A stretch of DNA of 64,000 nucleotides from Eledone cirrhosa. Its lineage: Eukaryota. Location of the stretch: contig OZ024741.1 in assembly GCA_964016885.1 (NCBI GenBank), positions 264,926,001-264,990,000 on the forward strand, read 5' to 3'. Below, in pieces: positions 9,840 to 23,159 of this stretch. Below the pieces are notes generated by a model. The model saw nothing but the letters and a program-made list of their open reading frames with translations. It was not told the DNA's origin and searched no databases. A program made the translations under genes and the position numbers. Numbering within the stretch: position 1 is the first letter of the stretch; the number at the start of each line of letters is the position of its first letter.

Positions 9840-12800
9840 TTTTTTCCCAATTCAATGATGTTCCAAAGCAATATAAAAGAGATAATTGGCAATAAAGGTT
9901 CTGGAACAAAAAAGATAATTGACAATAAGGGAAGGGGCCCCAGGTTATCACAGCCTGGGCTCGCTCGTCATCGTACCACTGTAATAGAGCCAAACCAGGC
10001 ATTTAGTCTTGGCTGCTGGAACGTACGGACGCTGCTTGACAGGGATTCCTTGGAGCGTCCTGAACGAAGGTCCGCTCTTGTTGCAAAGGAGCTTCGACGT
10101 TACGATCTTGACATCGTGGCTTTATCTGAGACGAGGTTAGCTGGAGATGGTCATCTTACAGAATTTTGTGGAGAATATACATTCTTCTGGAAAGGAAGAG
10201 ATGAAGGAACCAGAAGAGAGGCTGGGGTAGCATTTGCTTTTAAGACTGTTCTTGTGAATAAATTAGAAGAATTCCCAGTAGGGATTAGTGAGCGTCTTAT
10301 GTCCATGAGAGTTCCGCTGGACAAAGGAAGATATGCGACCCTGGTGAGTGTGTATGCTCCAACTATGAATTCTGTCGATGAAGAAAAAGTGTCCTTTTAC
10401 CACGCCTTGAAAGGTGTTTTAAGAAATATCCCTCAGGCAGACAAAGTCATCGTGCTTGGTGACTTTAATGCTAGAGTGGGTAGGGATTTTAACACATGGA
10501 ATGTAATCGGAAGGCATGGGGTGGGAAAGTGTAACAACAATGGTATGCTCCTGCTGCAGATGTGTGAGGAGCTGGATCTGTGTGTTACCAACACCATGTT
10601 CCAACAAAAGAACAAATTCAAGATCACATGGATGCATCCTGCATCTAAGGAATGGCATCTTTTCGACTACGTCCTAGTCAGGATGCGTGACAGATAGCAT
10701 GTGCAGTGTGTTCGTGCTCTTCGTGGAGCTGAGTGCTGGACGGACCACCGCCTGGTACGTGCAAAAGTGAAACTAATCACTAAACGTAAAATCCGGGCTC
10801 CTGGTGTTGCCCTGCTCAAAAGATTGAATGCTGCTCGTGTTAAGGATAAAAATGTGAAGAGGACATTGGAAAAAGAGATGCAGGCTGCAGATCTTGGTGA
10901 GGATTGGCCGACCCTTAAAAAGTCGGTTTATGATGTAGGCAGGCGTGTTCTGGGATTGGTGCAGAGAAAACATCAGGACTGGTTTAATGAGAATGATGTA
11001 CATATAGAAGACTTGTTGGCTGATAAGAGGCGTGCTCTGTCACGCTACTTGACGGCAAAACCACAGGAGAAGAATACGTTGCATAAGGAACTCAAGGATG
11101 TGAAATCACGTGTTAGGCGGAGTCTTTCTCAGATGAAGGATCAGTAGTGGGGTGAGAAGGCTGATGAGATACAAACTGCGTCAGATTCCAATAACACAAA
11201 GCTGTTGTACAGTCTCTTGTGTGAAGTTTATGGACCGTCTTCTTCTCTGGTGGTACCGCTTCGCAGCAAGGATGGCAAAGAACTTCTTCGTGACTCACAA
11301 GGAATTCTACGAAAGTGGCGAGAGCACTTTGATGATCTTTTGAATCAGCCGTCTGTCGTCAATGAAGATTTCCTCAATCTCATTCCAGGAAGTCCTGTGA
11401 AAGGAGCTCTCGCAGAACCTCCGACGCTTGTGGAGGTTGCAGTGGCTATCTCGAAGCTGAACAGTGGAAGGTCTCCAGGTATGGATGGCATACATGCTGA
11501 GCTCCTACAATATGGTGGTGAGAGACTCCTGCAACATCTTCACTCTTTGTTTGGCAGGATATGGGCTAATGAATCCGTACCTGATGACTGGAGAGATGCA
11601 GTAATGGTGGTCTTGTACAAGGGAAAGGGTAACAGGAATGATTGTGGGAACTACAGAGGTATATCATTGCTTTCTGTCGTAGGGAAAGTTTTATGTAGGG
11701 TGCTTCTGGACCGTCTGCTGACACACATTGCAGATTGTGTTCTTCCTGAAAGTCAATCTGGATTTCGTGCTGGACGCAGCACTACTGATATGATCTTCTC
11801 AGCTAGACAGCTCCAGGAGAAGTGCATGGAACAAGGTTTGGATCTGTATCAGGTTTTTGTCGATCTGACAAAAGCTTTCGATACTGTTAACAGAAATGCA
11901 TTATGGAAGGTTCTCCAGAAACTTGGTTGCCCTGATAAGTTCCTTGCTTTAGTTAGGTCTTTCCATGACGACATGAAGGCTTGGGTTAATGTCGGAGGTA
12001 ACATGTCGGAGCCTATCTCAGTAAAGAATGGAGTGAAACAGGGGGATATTCCAGCACCGATGTTGTTTGCCATATACTTTGCAATGGTTTTCTGTATTGC
12101 ATTCAGGAATTGCGAGCATGGTGTTTACATCCGATATCGAACCTCAGGCAGCATATTTAACATCAGGCGCTTTGCTGCAAAGACAAAAGTATTTACATCA
12201 ATCATAAGAGACCTCTTGTATGCAGATGATTGCGATCTTGTAACGCACACAGAGAGTGATATGCTGCACATTTTTAATGCATTTTCTGATGCTTGCACTG
12301 CCCTAGGATTGACTGTCAGTCTCAAGAAAACCGTCATGTACCAACCTGCCCCTGGTAAGCAGTACAGTAAACCAAATATCTATGTGTATGGTAAACGACT
12401 TGGAGTGGTTGATCAGTTTGTCTACCTGGGAAGCACTGTCAATCGATACGGCAACCTTGACAGTGAAATCTCACTTAGGATTAGGAAAGCAAGTGATGCT
12501 TTCGGAAAGCTAGAAAGGCGACTCTGGGGTCGGCGAGACATATGCAAGAAGACAAAGGTAAAGGTGTACAAGGCATGTGTGCTCTCTTCTCTTCTTTATG
12601 CCTGCGAGACCTGGGTCACATATCGACACCACCTTAAGCAATTGGAGCGTTTCCATCAGATGTGTCTCAGACGGATCCATGGCGTTCACTGGAGGGACCA
12701 CATCAGTGATGTCGAGATTTTGGAAAGCTCTATGTGTGACAGTATAGAAGCTCTTGTGCTTAAGCAACGACTCCGTTGGAGTGATCACCTTGCCAGGATG

Positions 12801-13490
12801 AAGGATTCTAGAATACCAAAACAACTCTTTTATGGAGAGTTAGTTAAAGGAAAACGACTGCCACATAAACCGAAAAAGAGGTATAAGGATTCCTTGAAAG
12901 CCTCTTTGAAAGACGCTAACATCTCTGCTGATACATGGGAAAATATTTCTGTTGATCGTAATAAATGGAGAAAGACTGTATATGAGGGAAAAGTTGCCTT
13001 TGAGGCATCTCGAATCGCATACGAGAAAGTAAAGCGGGATGTGAGGAAGGGCATTGCTGTTGCACTTCCAGACGGCGAGGGTCCTCCTATGGTGCTGACA
13101 TGCAGCGTCTGTGCGAGACTCTGCCTAAGCAAAGCTGGACTCGAAAGTCATCTTCGCAGTCATAAAGTAAGACCAGTGGTTGACTACCAGGCTGCTGTTG
13201 GAAATGCTACTCATCATGCTTGCCAGGCATGTGGTAGAGAATGTAAATCAGCAGGAGGGCTCGAACGACATGCAAAAGTACATGAACTCCAACCACAGCC
13301 GGCTATTCCCAGTGAATGTTTTGGTTGCCGACTCTGTGCAAGACATTTTAGATAATTGGCTGGGCTAAAATTGCTATCGTGTGTGTATAGATATGTTTAT
13401 GTGTGTGCGTGTGTGTATATATATATATGTATATTATTATTGTTGTTGTTGTCGTTATTATTATTGTTGTTATTATTATTATTATTATTG

Positions 13491-13551
<61 letters not shown>

Positions 13552-13603
13552 TTTTTTTTTCTCGTGCAATAGCCATACTCGATAACGAGGGGGCAGCCAT
13601 CAT
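9840..13603 (+). mobile_element. RTE-clade LINE with C-terminal C2H2 zinc fingers, near full-length coding region
   Basis: APE (WNVRTL, LSET, VYAPT, GDFNA, DY, TDH) plus RT (YADD) and RTE-type tail LRWSDHLARM..PKQLFYGEL. A microsatellite block (13380-13560) separates the ORF from the 3' terminal motif and (GTAT)n tail. Confidence 0.9.
9855..13375 (+). pseudogene. RTE ORF (APE-RT-3xC2H2) with three in-frame nonsense codons
   Basis: ORFs 9804-10697, 10701-11147 and 11205-13355 share one frame. Stops are TAG 10695, TAG 11145 and TAA 13353. Fingers: CSVCARLCLSKAGLESHLRSH, CQACGRECKSAGGLERHAKVH, CRLCARHFR*LAGLK. Confidence 0.9.
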
Positions 13604-13671
13604 GTATGTATGTATGTATGTATGTATGTATGTATGTATGTATGTATGTATGTATGTATGTATGTGTGTAT

Positions 13672-14254
13672 GTTGCTGCTACTGGTAACATTTATCCCAG
13701 TACAACCTGTCTCATGGTCGGGTCGTTGGCGACTAAACTGGCAACCCCACCAAGGTCTCTTGGTGAGGAGGGTGACTTTCGACATCCTGCAGGACTAAAA
13801 ACAAAACCTGTCAAAGGAGCTCTTAAGAGTCAATGGCCATCCAAATTACCGGGAGAGATGACCCCTTAGCCTTTGTCAAGAATTCTAGAAGGAAAACTCT
13901 GATATAACACCTGCAACCCTGATGGTATCCAATGATGTTGACTTGTTCTTCTTTTTGGTAAATATCATCCTGGTTAAGAGAGTGGGACTGGCTTTGTGCA
14001 GTGCCTTTGCTCACTATAAAAGCTTCACGGCACAGGCATTGCTTTATATCTGGATATCTCTCTGCACTTGTCGTCACATGGTACCATGGGCCCAGCACTA
14101 TGTGTCAATAATTGTCACAAGTGTAGTGTTTGTACCAGAGTTTTCAAGTCACTGGCTGGACTAAAAAGTCACACTCGTTCAGTGCATCGGTAGGGGTTTT
14201 CCTACATGGATATAAAGTAGTGGCCGTACTCGAAAACGAGTTGGCAGCCACCAT
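13672..14254 (+). mobile_element. Non-autonomous bipartite RTE derivative (about 600 bp), copy 1
   Basis: RTE 5'UTR-like motif (G)AGAAGGAAAACTCTGAT. The 3' part encodes the RTE terminal finger HKCSVCTRVFKSLAGLKSH and ends CTCGAAAACGAG..GCAGCCACCAT + (TATG)n. Confidence 0.8.
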
Positions 14255-14277
14255 ATATGTATGTATGTATGATGTAT

Positions 14278-14883
14278 GTTTTGTTTTTAGTCCTGCAGGA
14301 TGTCCAAAGTCACCCTCCTCACCAAGAAACCTTGGTGGGGATTGCCAGTTTAGTCGCCAACGACCCGACCATGAGACAGGTTGTACTGGGATACATGTTA
14401 CCAATAGCACCATCTGGTGACCTGTCAAAGGGCAAAGGAGCTCTTAAGAGTCAATGGCCATCCAAAATCACCGGGAGAGATGACCCCTTAGCCTTTGTCA
14501 AGGCAGAATTCTTGGAGAAGGAAAACTCTGATTTAACACCTGCAACCCTGATGGTATCCAATGATGTTGACTTGTTCTTCTTTTTGGTAAATATCATCTT
14601 GGTTAAGAGAGTGGGACTGGCTTTGTGCAGTACCTTTGCTCACTATAAAAGCTTCACGGCGCAAGCATTGCTTTATATCTGGAGATCTCTCTGCACTTGT
14701 CGTCACATGCTACCATGGGCCCAGCACTATGTGTCAATAATTGTCACAAGTGTAGTGTTTGTACCAGAGTTTTCAAGTCGCTGGCTGGACTAAAAAGTCA
14801 CACTCGTTCAGCGCATCGGTAGGGGTTCTCCTACATTGATATAAAGTAGTGGCCGTACTCGAAAACGAGTTGGCAGCCACCAT
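14278..14883 (+). mobile_element. Bipartite RTE derivative, copy with inverted 5' head
   Basis: 14278-14424 is the reverse complement of the head seen at 15612-15760; 14420-14883 is the forward body. Confidence 0.8.
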
Positions 14884-15352
14884 AATGTATGTATGTATGT
14901 ATGTATGTATGTATGTATGTCGAGTCACTCTTGTGTGCTACTGATAACATGTAACCCAGTACAACCTGTCGCATGGTCGGGTCGTCGGCGACTAAACTGG
15001 CAACCCCACCTTCTTTTCAGTGACAATGTTGAAAAATAAACCCTATCTAGTCATTCCATGAGAGTATCTTGGTCAGCCTATGAACTTTTCAAGCGAGCCT
15101 CGTAGAACATCCGCTAGTGTCAAAGAAGGATGTCATGCTGACATGTTGTTTATCAATTGTTATTACAAATATATATAAACATCTATACTGTCAAGTACAG
15201 CAAACAATGATGTCTACCTGTATGTATGTTCGTCTGGTTTTATAATTTCACAAATTTGTATGTATGTATGTATGTATGTATGTATGTATGTATGTATGTA
15301 TGTATGTATGTATGTATGTATGTATGTATGTATGTATGTATGTATGTATGTA

Positions 15353-15399
<47 letters not shown>

Positions 15400-15422
15400 T
15401 TGCGTGCGTGCGTGCGTGCGTG

Positions 15423-15566
<144 letters not shown>

Positions 15567-15611
15567 TGTGTGTATGTATAAATGTATGTATAAATGTATG
15601 TATGTATAAAT

Positions 15612-16219
15612 GTCAGGTCACCAGTTGGTGCTACTGGTAACATTTATCCCAGTACAACCTGTCTCATGGTCGGGTCGTTGGCGACTAAACTGGCAACCCC
15701 ACAAAGGTTTCTTGGTGAGGAGGGTGACTTTCGACATCCTGCAGGACTAAAAACTAAACCTGTCAAACGGCAAAGGAGCTCTTAAGAGTCAATGGCCATC
15801 CAAAATCACCGGGAGAGATGACCCCGTAGCCTTTGTCAAGGCAGAATTCTAGGAGAAGGAAAACTCTGATTTAACACCTGCAACCCTGATGGGATCCAAT
15901 GATGTTGACTTGTTCTTCTTTTTGGTAAATATCATCTTGGTTAAGAGAGTGGGACTGGCTTTGTGCAGTGCCTTTGCTCGCTATAAAAGCTTCACGGCAC
16001 AGGCATTGCTTTATATCTGGAGATCTCTCTGCACTTGTCGTCACATGATACCATGGGCCCAGCACTGTGTCAATAATTGTCACAAGTGTAGTGTTTGTAC
16101 CAGAGTTTTCAAGTCGCTGGCTGGACTAAAAAGTCACACTCGTTCAGCGCATCGGTAGGAGTTCTCCTACATGGATATAAAGTAGTGGCCGTACTCGAAA
16201 ACGAGTTGGCAGCCACCAT
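15612..16219 (+). mobile_element. Bipartite RTE derivative, full copy
   Basis: Aligns along its length with 13672-14254; (TATG)n on both sides. Confidence 0.8.
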
Positions 16220-16267
16220 GTATGTATGTATGTATGTATGTATGTATGTATGTATGTATGTATGTAT

Positions 16268-16590
16268 GTCATCTCTTTCTCTTAATTTCGAGTATATTTT
16301 TTTTGACCGGCCACCTTCCTGGTGGCAAGGTTGTAAAAGAAAAGAAATTGTCATCCCTTGAATCGCAAGAATGTTTTGCAAATTTTGAAGGTGCCAGCTA
16401 TCGCAACCATTTGTAGACTATGAATTAGGGAGCTGCGCTTTTTGTCCGCAAATCCAAGTTCAGTCATACTTTGGTCCAAGCGGGTTGGTATATAACCCGT
16501 AGCTCCAATAATGATGGGTATGAAGCTAAAGGTGTATCTTGGATACTGGATTTGTAAACTCCTCATCAATGGTCCGTCGATGTCCTCCTT
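16268..16590 (-). mobile_element. 3' fragment of a second (CATA)n-associated R4-clade family
   Basis: Encodes LMRSLQIQYPRYTFSFIPIIIGATGY..GTFKICKTFL, homologous to the end of ORF 19191-19985 but with a different 3'UTR. (CATA)n flanks both sides on the minus strand. Confidence 0.82.
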
Positions 16591-16622
16591 GTATGTATGT
16601 ATGTATGTATGTATGTATGTAT

Positions 16623-17227
16623 GTTTTGTTTTTAGTCCTGCAGGATGTCCAAAGTCACCCTCCTCACCAAGAAACCTTGGTGGGGATTGCCAGTTTAGTC
16701 GCCAACGACCCGACCATGAGACAGGTTGTACTGGGATAGATGTTACCAGTAACACCAACTGGTGACCTGTCAAAGGGCAAAGGAGCTCTTAAGAGTCAAT
16801 GGCCATCCAAAATCACCGGGAGAGATGACCCCTTAGCCTTTGTCAAGGCAGAATTCTTGGAGAAGGAAAACTCTGATTTAACACCTGCAACCCTGATGGT
16901 ATCCAATGATGTTGACTTGTTCTTCTTTTTGGTAAATATCAGCTTGGTTAAGAGAGTGGGACTGGCTTTGTGCAGTGCCTTTGCTCACTATAAAAGCTTC
17001 ACGGCACAGGCATTGCTTTATATCTGGAGATCTCTCTGCACTTGTCGTCACATGGTACCATGGGCCCAGCACTATGTGTCAGTAATTGTCACAAGTGTAG
17101 TGTTTGTACCAGAGTTTTCAAGTAGCTGGCTGGACTAAAAAGTCACACTCGTTCAGCGCATCGGTAGGGGTCTCCTACATGGATATAAAGTAGTGGCCGT
17201 ACTCGAAAACGAGTTGGCAGCCACCAT
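16623..17227 (+). mobile_element. Bipartite RTE derivative with inverted head (duplicate of 14278-14883)
   Basis: Same inversion junction GGTGACCTGTCAAAGGGC. Confidence 0.8.
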
Positions 17228-17827
17228 GATGTATGTATGTATGTATGTATGTATGTATGTATGTATGTATGTATGTATGTATGTATGTATGTATGTATGT
17301 ATGTATGTATGTATGTCGAGTCACTCTTGTGTGCTACTGATAACATGTAACCCAGTACAACCTGTCGCATGGTCGGGTCGTCGGCGACTAAACTGGCAAC
17401 CCCACCTTCTTTTCAGTGACAATGTTGAAAAATAAACCCTATCTAGTCATTCCATGAGAGTATCTTGGTCAGCCTATGAACTTTTCAACCGAGCCTCGTA
17501 GAACATCCGCTAGTGTCAAAGAAGGAGGTCATGCTGACATGTTGTTTATCAATTGTTATTACAAATATATATAAACATCTATACTGTCAAGTACAGCAAA
17601 CAATGATGTCTACCTGTATGTATGTTCGTCTGGTTTTATAATTTCACAAATTTGTATGTATGTATGTATGTATGTATGTATGTATGTATGTATGTATGTA
17701 TGTATGTATGTATGTATGTATGTATGTATGTGTGTGTGTGTATGTATGTATGTATGTATGTATGTATGTATGTATGTATGTATAAATGTATGTATAAATG
17801 TATGTATAAATGTATGTATGTATATAT

Positions 17828-18429
17828 GTCAGGTCACCAGTTGGTGCTACTGGTAACATGTATCCCAGTACAACCTGTCTCATGGTCGGGTCGTTGGCGA
17901 CTAAACTGGCAATCCCACAAAGGTTTCTTGGTGAGGAGCGTGACTTTGGACCTCATGCAGGACTAAAAACAAAACCTGTCAAAGGAGCTCTTAAGAGTCA
18001 ATCGCCACCCAAAATCACCTGGAGAGAAAACCCCTTAGCCTTTGTCAAGGCAGAATTCTAGGAGAAGGAAAACTCTGATATAACACCTGCAACCCTGATG
18101 GTATCCAATGATGTTGACTTGTTCTTCTTTTTGGTAAATATCATCTTCGTTAAGAGAGTGGGACTGGCTTTGTGCAGTGCCTTTGCTCACTATAAAAGCT
18201 TCACGGCACAGGCATTGCTTTATATCTGGAGATCTCTCTGCACTTGTCGTCACATGGTACCATGGGTCCAGCACTATGTGTCAATAATTGTCACAAGTGT
18301 AGTGTTTGTACCAGAGTTTTCAAGTCGCTGGCTGGACTAAAAGTCACACTCGTTCAGCGCATCGGTAGGTGTTCTCCTACATGGATATAAAGTAGTGGCC
18401 GTACTGGAAAACGAGTTGGCAGTCACCAT
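17828..18429 (+). mobile_element. Bipartite RTE derivative, full copy
   Basis: Aligns with 15612-16219. Confidence 0.8.
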
Positions 18430-18497
18430 GTATGTATGTATGTATGTATGTATGTATGTATGTATGTATGTATGTATGTATGTATGTATGAATGTAT

Positions 18498-18822
18498 GTC
18501 ATCTCTTTCTCTTAATTTCGAGTATATTTTTATTTTGACAGGCCACCTTCCTGGTGGCAAGGTTGTAAAAGAAAAGAAATTGTCATCCCTTGAATCGCAA
18601 GAATGTTTTGCAAATTTTGAAGGTGCCAGCTATCGCAACCATTTGTAGACTATGAATTAGGGAGCTGCGCTTTTTGTCCGCAAATCCAAGTTCAGTCATA
18701 CTTTGGTCCAAGCGGGTTGGTATATAACCCGTAGCTCCAATAATGATGGGTATGAAGCTAAAGGTGTATCTTGGATACTGGATTTGTAAACTCCTCATCA
18801 ATGGTCCGTAGATGTACTCCTT
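18498..18822 (-). mobile_element. R4-clade 3' fragment (duplicate of 16268-16590)
   Basis: Same sequence and same truncation point. Confidence 0.82.
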
Positions 18823-18962
18823 GTATGTATGTATATGTGTATGTATGTCCGTAGATGTCCTCTATGTATGTATGTATGTATGTATGTATGTATGTATGTA
18901 TGTATGTATGTATGTATGTATGTATGTATGTATGTATGTATGTGTGTATGTGTGTATGTATG

Positions 18963-21900
18963 TTCTTCTGGTTTTATAATTTCACAAAGTTTTACCAATA
19001 GAGAGAGAGTCGGTTTCTAACATAGAGACAAAACTCTCTCATTGGAATTTACACAACATCAACTAGGTAGATATGTATGTATGCATGCATGTGTAGATAT
19101 GGATGTTATTGTATGTGTGGATGTGTATGTTTTGATTTGTATGTGTGAATGTGTATATGCTTTGTATCTGTACATGTGTATATGCAGTTATTAGATGCAA
19201 AATTTTTGGAATGTTTTACATATTTTTACTGTTCCATTAATGGATTGTACTTGTAGTTTCCTAACTAGTTCTGTTGTTTCTGTTCCTGTGAAGCCTAGCT
19301 TCTCAAGATTTGTATTGAGGCAGTTACTAACATATCCCAGTGCCCCAATAATCACAGGAATAAATCTGAAGGTGTAATCAGGGTGGAGTATCTGCAGATT
19401 TCTCATCAGTTCTGCATAAATATTCTCCTTTTCACTAATCTTTGATATTATATTGGCATCTGCTGGGCAGCTAATTTCCACTACTGTGCATGTTTTCTTC
19501 TCCCTGTTCCATATCATAATATCTGGTCTGTTATGCCTGCATTTTATTGGGGTTTTTACTGGAACATTCCACCAGTACTCTTTCATATTATGTACATGGA
19601 TGTCTTCCACATTGTTGTAGCTTTTAATGTGTTTATTATCGGGGCTATCTTTTTTACGAACTACATTGTACAGTGTTTTGGCCACTACATCATGCCTCAT
19701 AGGGAGATAGTACAGCGATGACATCTTTGGACAGCTGCTGATGACATGGATGATATCTTCGATGTTAGTTCTGCAGAGTCTGCACTTGTTATCACATCTA
19801 GGTGTTTTGCCTGCATCCATATCTCTTTTGTGAATCAGGTATTTCGGGCTAATATCCTGTTCTTGGATTGCAAAAGCGTATCCTTCAAAGTGGGAGCCAA
19901 TATAGCGGTTGTTGGTCCAAGATAGACTACTTTCCTTATCTATATTACTCTCACTCTGGAGCTTCCTGGCAACATATCCATGCATGACTTTTTGCTGATA
20001 AGCATGCAGTCATCCATGGATTCACTGCGATACTGCTGAGCGACTTCCCTGGGTGTGAGTTTTTGATTATCACACAGGGAATATCTCTCAAGGAGTTCCT
20101 TCCCAACTCTCATGATCTTATCTGTTTCATGCAGATAAACTTGCTCGAGAGACGGGCTCCTACGCTTCGAGGTTCGTAGATGTTGTCGGAGAGATATGAT
20201 GCGACATTCAAATGTTGTCTGGACTGATGTTAGGCCTCTGCCTCCCTGCTTACGTTTCAAGTAAAGGTTGTCTATGTCACTGTTGCTGTGGAAGTTTCCG
20301 GTGTTGTTCTGTATTTTTCGAGTTCCAACATCAACTGCTCGGATTTCGTCTATCGCCCAATTGAGTATTCCAAACGTTGGTGTTAGGACAGACACAGCAA
20401 ACATATTGTGAGCCATTGTTTTGTTTTGCGCAGAGAGTTCCGATGACCAGATCTTTCTTAATCGGGTGTATTATTCCCTGGTTACGCGTTCTTTATTACA
20501 TATACCATTATAGGATATGTTCTCATTTATCCCAAGGTATCTGTAGCAGTCCTCATCAGATATCGGTGAAACAGTTAGACCATTGATGACAATGTTGCTA
20601 GATTGGGTTGTTGTTTTTCCCCGCTTTACAGTCATGTATGAGCATTTATCTTGGCCAAACTCCATTCCTATATCCTTTGAGAATGTTGTAACCAGGTCAA
20701 GATTTTTCTTCATTCCATCCATGTTCTTGGCATAGAGTTTCAGATCCTCCACAAAGAAGTTATGGGTTAGGTTCGTATTTCTGTCCTCCTGTGAGCCAAT
20801 GATGTATCCCTCACATTTCTTGAGCAGAAAGGACAAGGGGTTTAATGACAAGATGAACAATATCACAGAGCGACTGTCCCCCTGAAATATACCCCTGCAA
20901 TATTTTATTTTATCAGTGAAAATAGAGTCCTCCCTCTCTGTCTTTAACCTTAGGATAGTAGCCCAAGAAGACAGCCTCTCTATGGCTCTGACAATAATGT
21001 CTGGGACTTTAGCAAGTTGGAGGGCCTCTATCATCCAAGAGTGGAGAACAGAATCGAAAGCTTTCCTGTAGTCCAGCCAGACTGTAACCATATGCCTCCT
21101 AAGTTTTCGCACCTCCGACATCGCAGTTTTGTTGATTAGGAGTTGTTCAGCACATCCTCAAACCCTTTTCTTTCCAGCTGCTTGTTCATCTGTGATGATG
21201 TTATTATTTTCACAGTGATCTTGGAGGAATAGGTTCAGGCAGGCTGTATACATCTTATACATCAGGTTCTGGCATGCAATGGGTCGGTAGTTTTTTGCCA
21301 AGTGGGTGTCTTTGTTCTTGGGGACCAGTAACGTTTGTGCTAATGTCAACCATTCTGGTATAAGTGTATCTCCCTTAAGAACTTGTTGGTAGAGGTCAGT
21401 AAGATACCTCCGATAGAATATTAGTTTTTTGTACCAGTAGCCGACAATCGTGTCTCTTCCTGGTGTTTTCTTATCTTGGAGTTTTCCTATCACAGTCTCA
21501 AGGGTACCCTCACTTCTTTCGTATGTTTTTGTTGTAGGAGCAATAGTTTTGTTGTAGGAGCAATAGTTCTTTCGGATTTCTCTTAGCCACACTGCATCTT
21601 GGTTGAAATGCTTCTTTTCACCCCATATTTTGCTCCAAAAAGAATATATGTCTTTCTGGGATGGGGCCTCAGTGACACTTATTATTTTGCCCTTCATATC
21701 TCTATAGACTGATGTTTGGTTTCGTCTGAATCTTTTATTAAGCATTTTTCTCTCATCTACCTTCTTCAGGTATCGGCGTTTTTCGCTAACAGCTCTCGAT
21801 TCTTGTTTGAGGGTGATCAACTTATATTGGAGAGTTCTGGTTCTACTGTTACCAAACATCGTCTCTATTTTATTTTTCACTCTTTGTTGGTGAGGAGTGA

Positions 21901-22783
21901 GTTTTTTTTGTGTTTGTTTGCATGTAAGGAGCATTGTCACATGTCCTATGTTTTTGCGTAGGTCAGCACTCTTTTTTTCTATTTTAGTTATATATGATGG
22001 TATCTTTGGTAGTGTTTTGTTCTTGTTAATATCTCTGCTATCACCAAGATAATGCTTCACTGTCATTGCTAAGGCATATAAACAGGCGTTGATTTGCAAA
22101 ATGTTGGGGTTTTATCCGTCGTAAATATTCATCCCCTATTTTGTCAATAACACGTAGTATTTCATTTGGTTTTTTATTCACCATCGTCATTTTAACACGT
22201 TCAGCCAGAGAAATGTTTATACATGAGTTAATTTCTCTCTGGAAGATTTCGTTGAGGGAAATTTTCAATTGTTTATACTTTTGATTATCATTATCGATAG
22301 TATTTTCCACAATAGTAGAGGTAGACTCAGAAGGTATACGTGGTGTCACATTTATTCGATTATTATTATTATTTCTTCGATTATTATTATTATCGATAGT
22401 GTTTTCCCCAGCATTCGAGGTAGACTTAGATGGTACAGGTGGTGTCAAGTTTCTTACAAGCATAGTTGTTTCAAGGCGCTGTTCGACCTGGCTGCTAGGA
22501 AGTCTAGTAACATGGCGATCTGTAGCACGTGTTGTTGATTCCATGTTTGTTGTGGGGGACTTACAATTAATAATATTTATCTTATTTTTACGTTCAATAA
22601 ACGTCGCTTGTTGGCGTAATTGTTTTGCTGTGAAATAATTTAGCTCTGGGTGCATTTCGTCCCAGTGTAGCTTCATTCTGTTCATATAGCCAATGGAGGG
22701 ATTGTTTTTTGCCATTTTATAACAATTAAATAAATCATTATTAAGTTCGCAACTCAAAGAGAAATGCTATTTATAATTTCTTT
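18963..22783 (-). mobile_element. Near full-length, decayed R4-clade non-LTR retrotransposon embedded in (CATA)n
   Basis: Frameshifted ORFs 22041-22757 (R4/Dong-like N-terminus CY..GYMNRMKLHWDEMHP..QLRQQ), 21158-22099, 20471-21121, 19940-20416 (RT) and 19191-19985 (CRLC..H..C, RHD, RPD..VEISCP..KE). (CATA)n at both junctions. Confidence 0.9.
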
Positions 22784-23159
22784 ATGTATGTATGCATGTA
22801 TGTATGTATGTATGTGTGTGTATGTATGTATGTATGTATGTATGTATGTATGTATGTATGTATGTATGTATGTATGTATGTATGTATGTGTGCGTGTGTG
22901 TATATATATATATAGATATATACTTACATTTTTGTAATTTTTTAATGTTTTAATTCCTTTAAAATTTTAAAAAAGTTTTAAAATTATTTTTAAAATTATT
23001 TTTAATTACTTCCAATTATTTTTAATTATTTTAAATTATTATTTTTAAATTACTTTTCTTAAAATCATTTTTTAATATATTTTCTTAATTATATTTAAGC
23101 GCTTATGTTTGCTTTCGTATGCCTTCACATGCCTCAGTCTCTTGTGGGAAAATCTGCAT

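Noticed and set aside
13090-13350. C2H2 fingers as a host zinc-finger gene (also 35070-35350)
   Set aside because: They are in frame with, and terminal to, RTE ORFs; C-terminal fingers are a known RTE feature.
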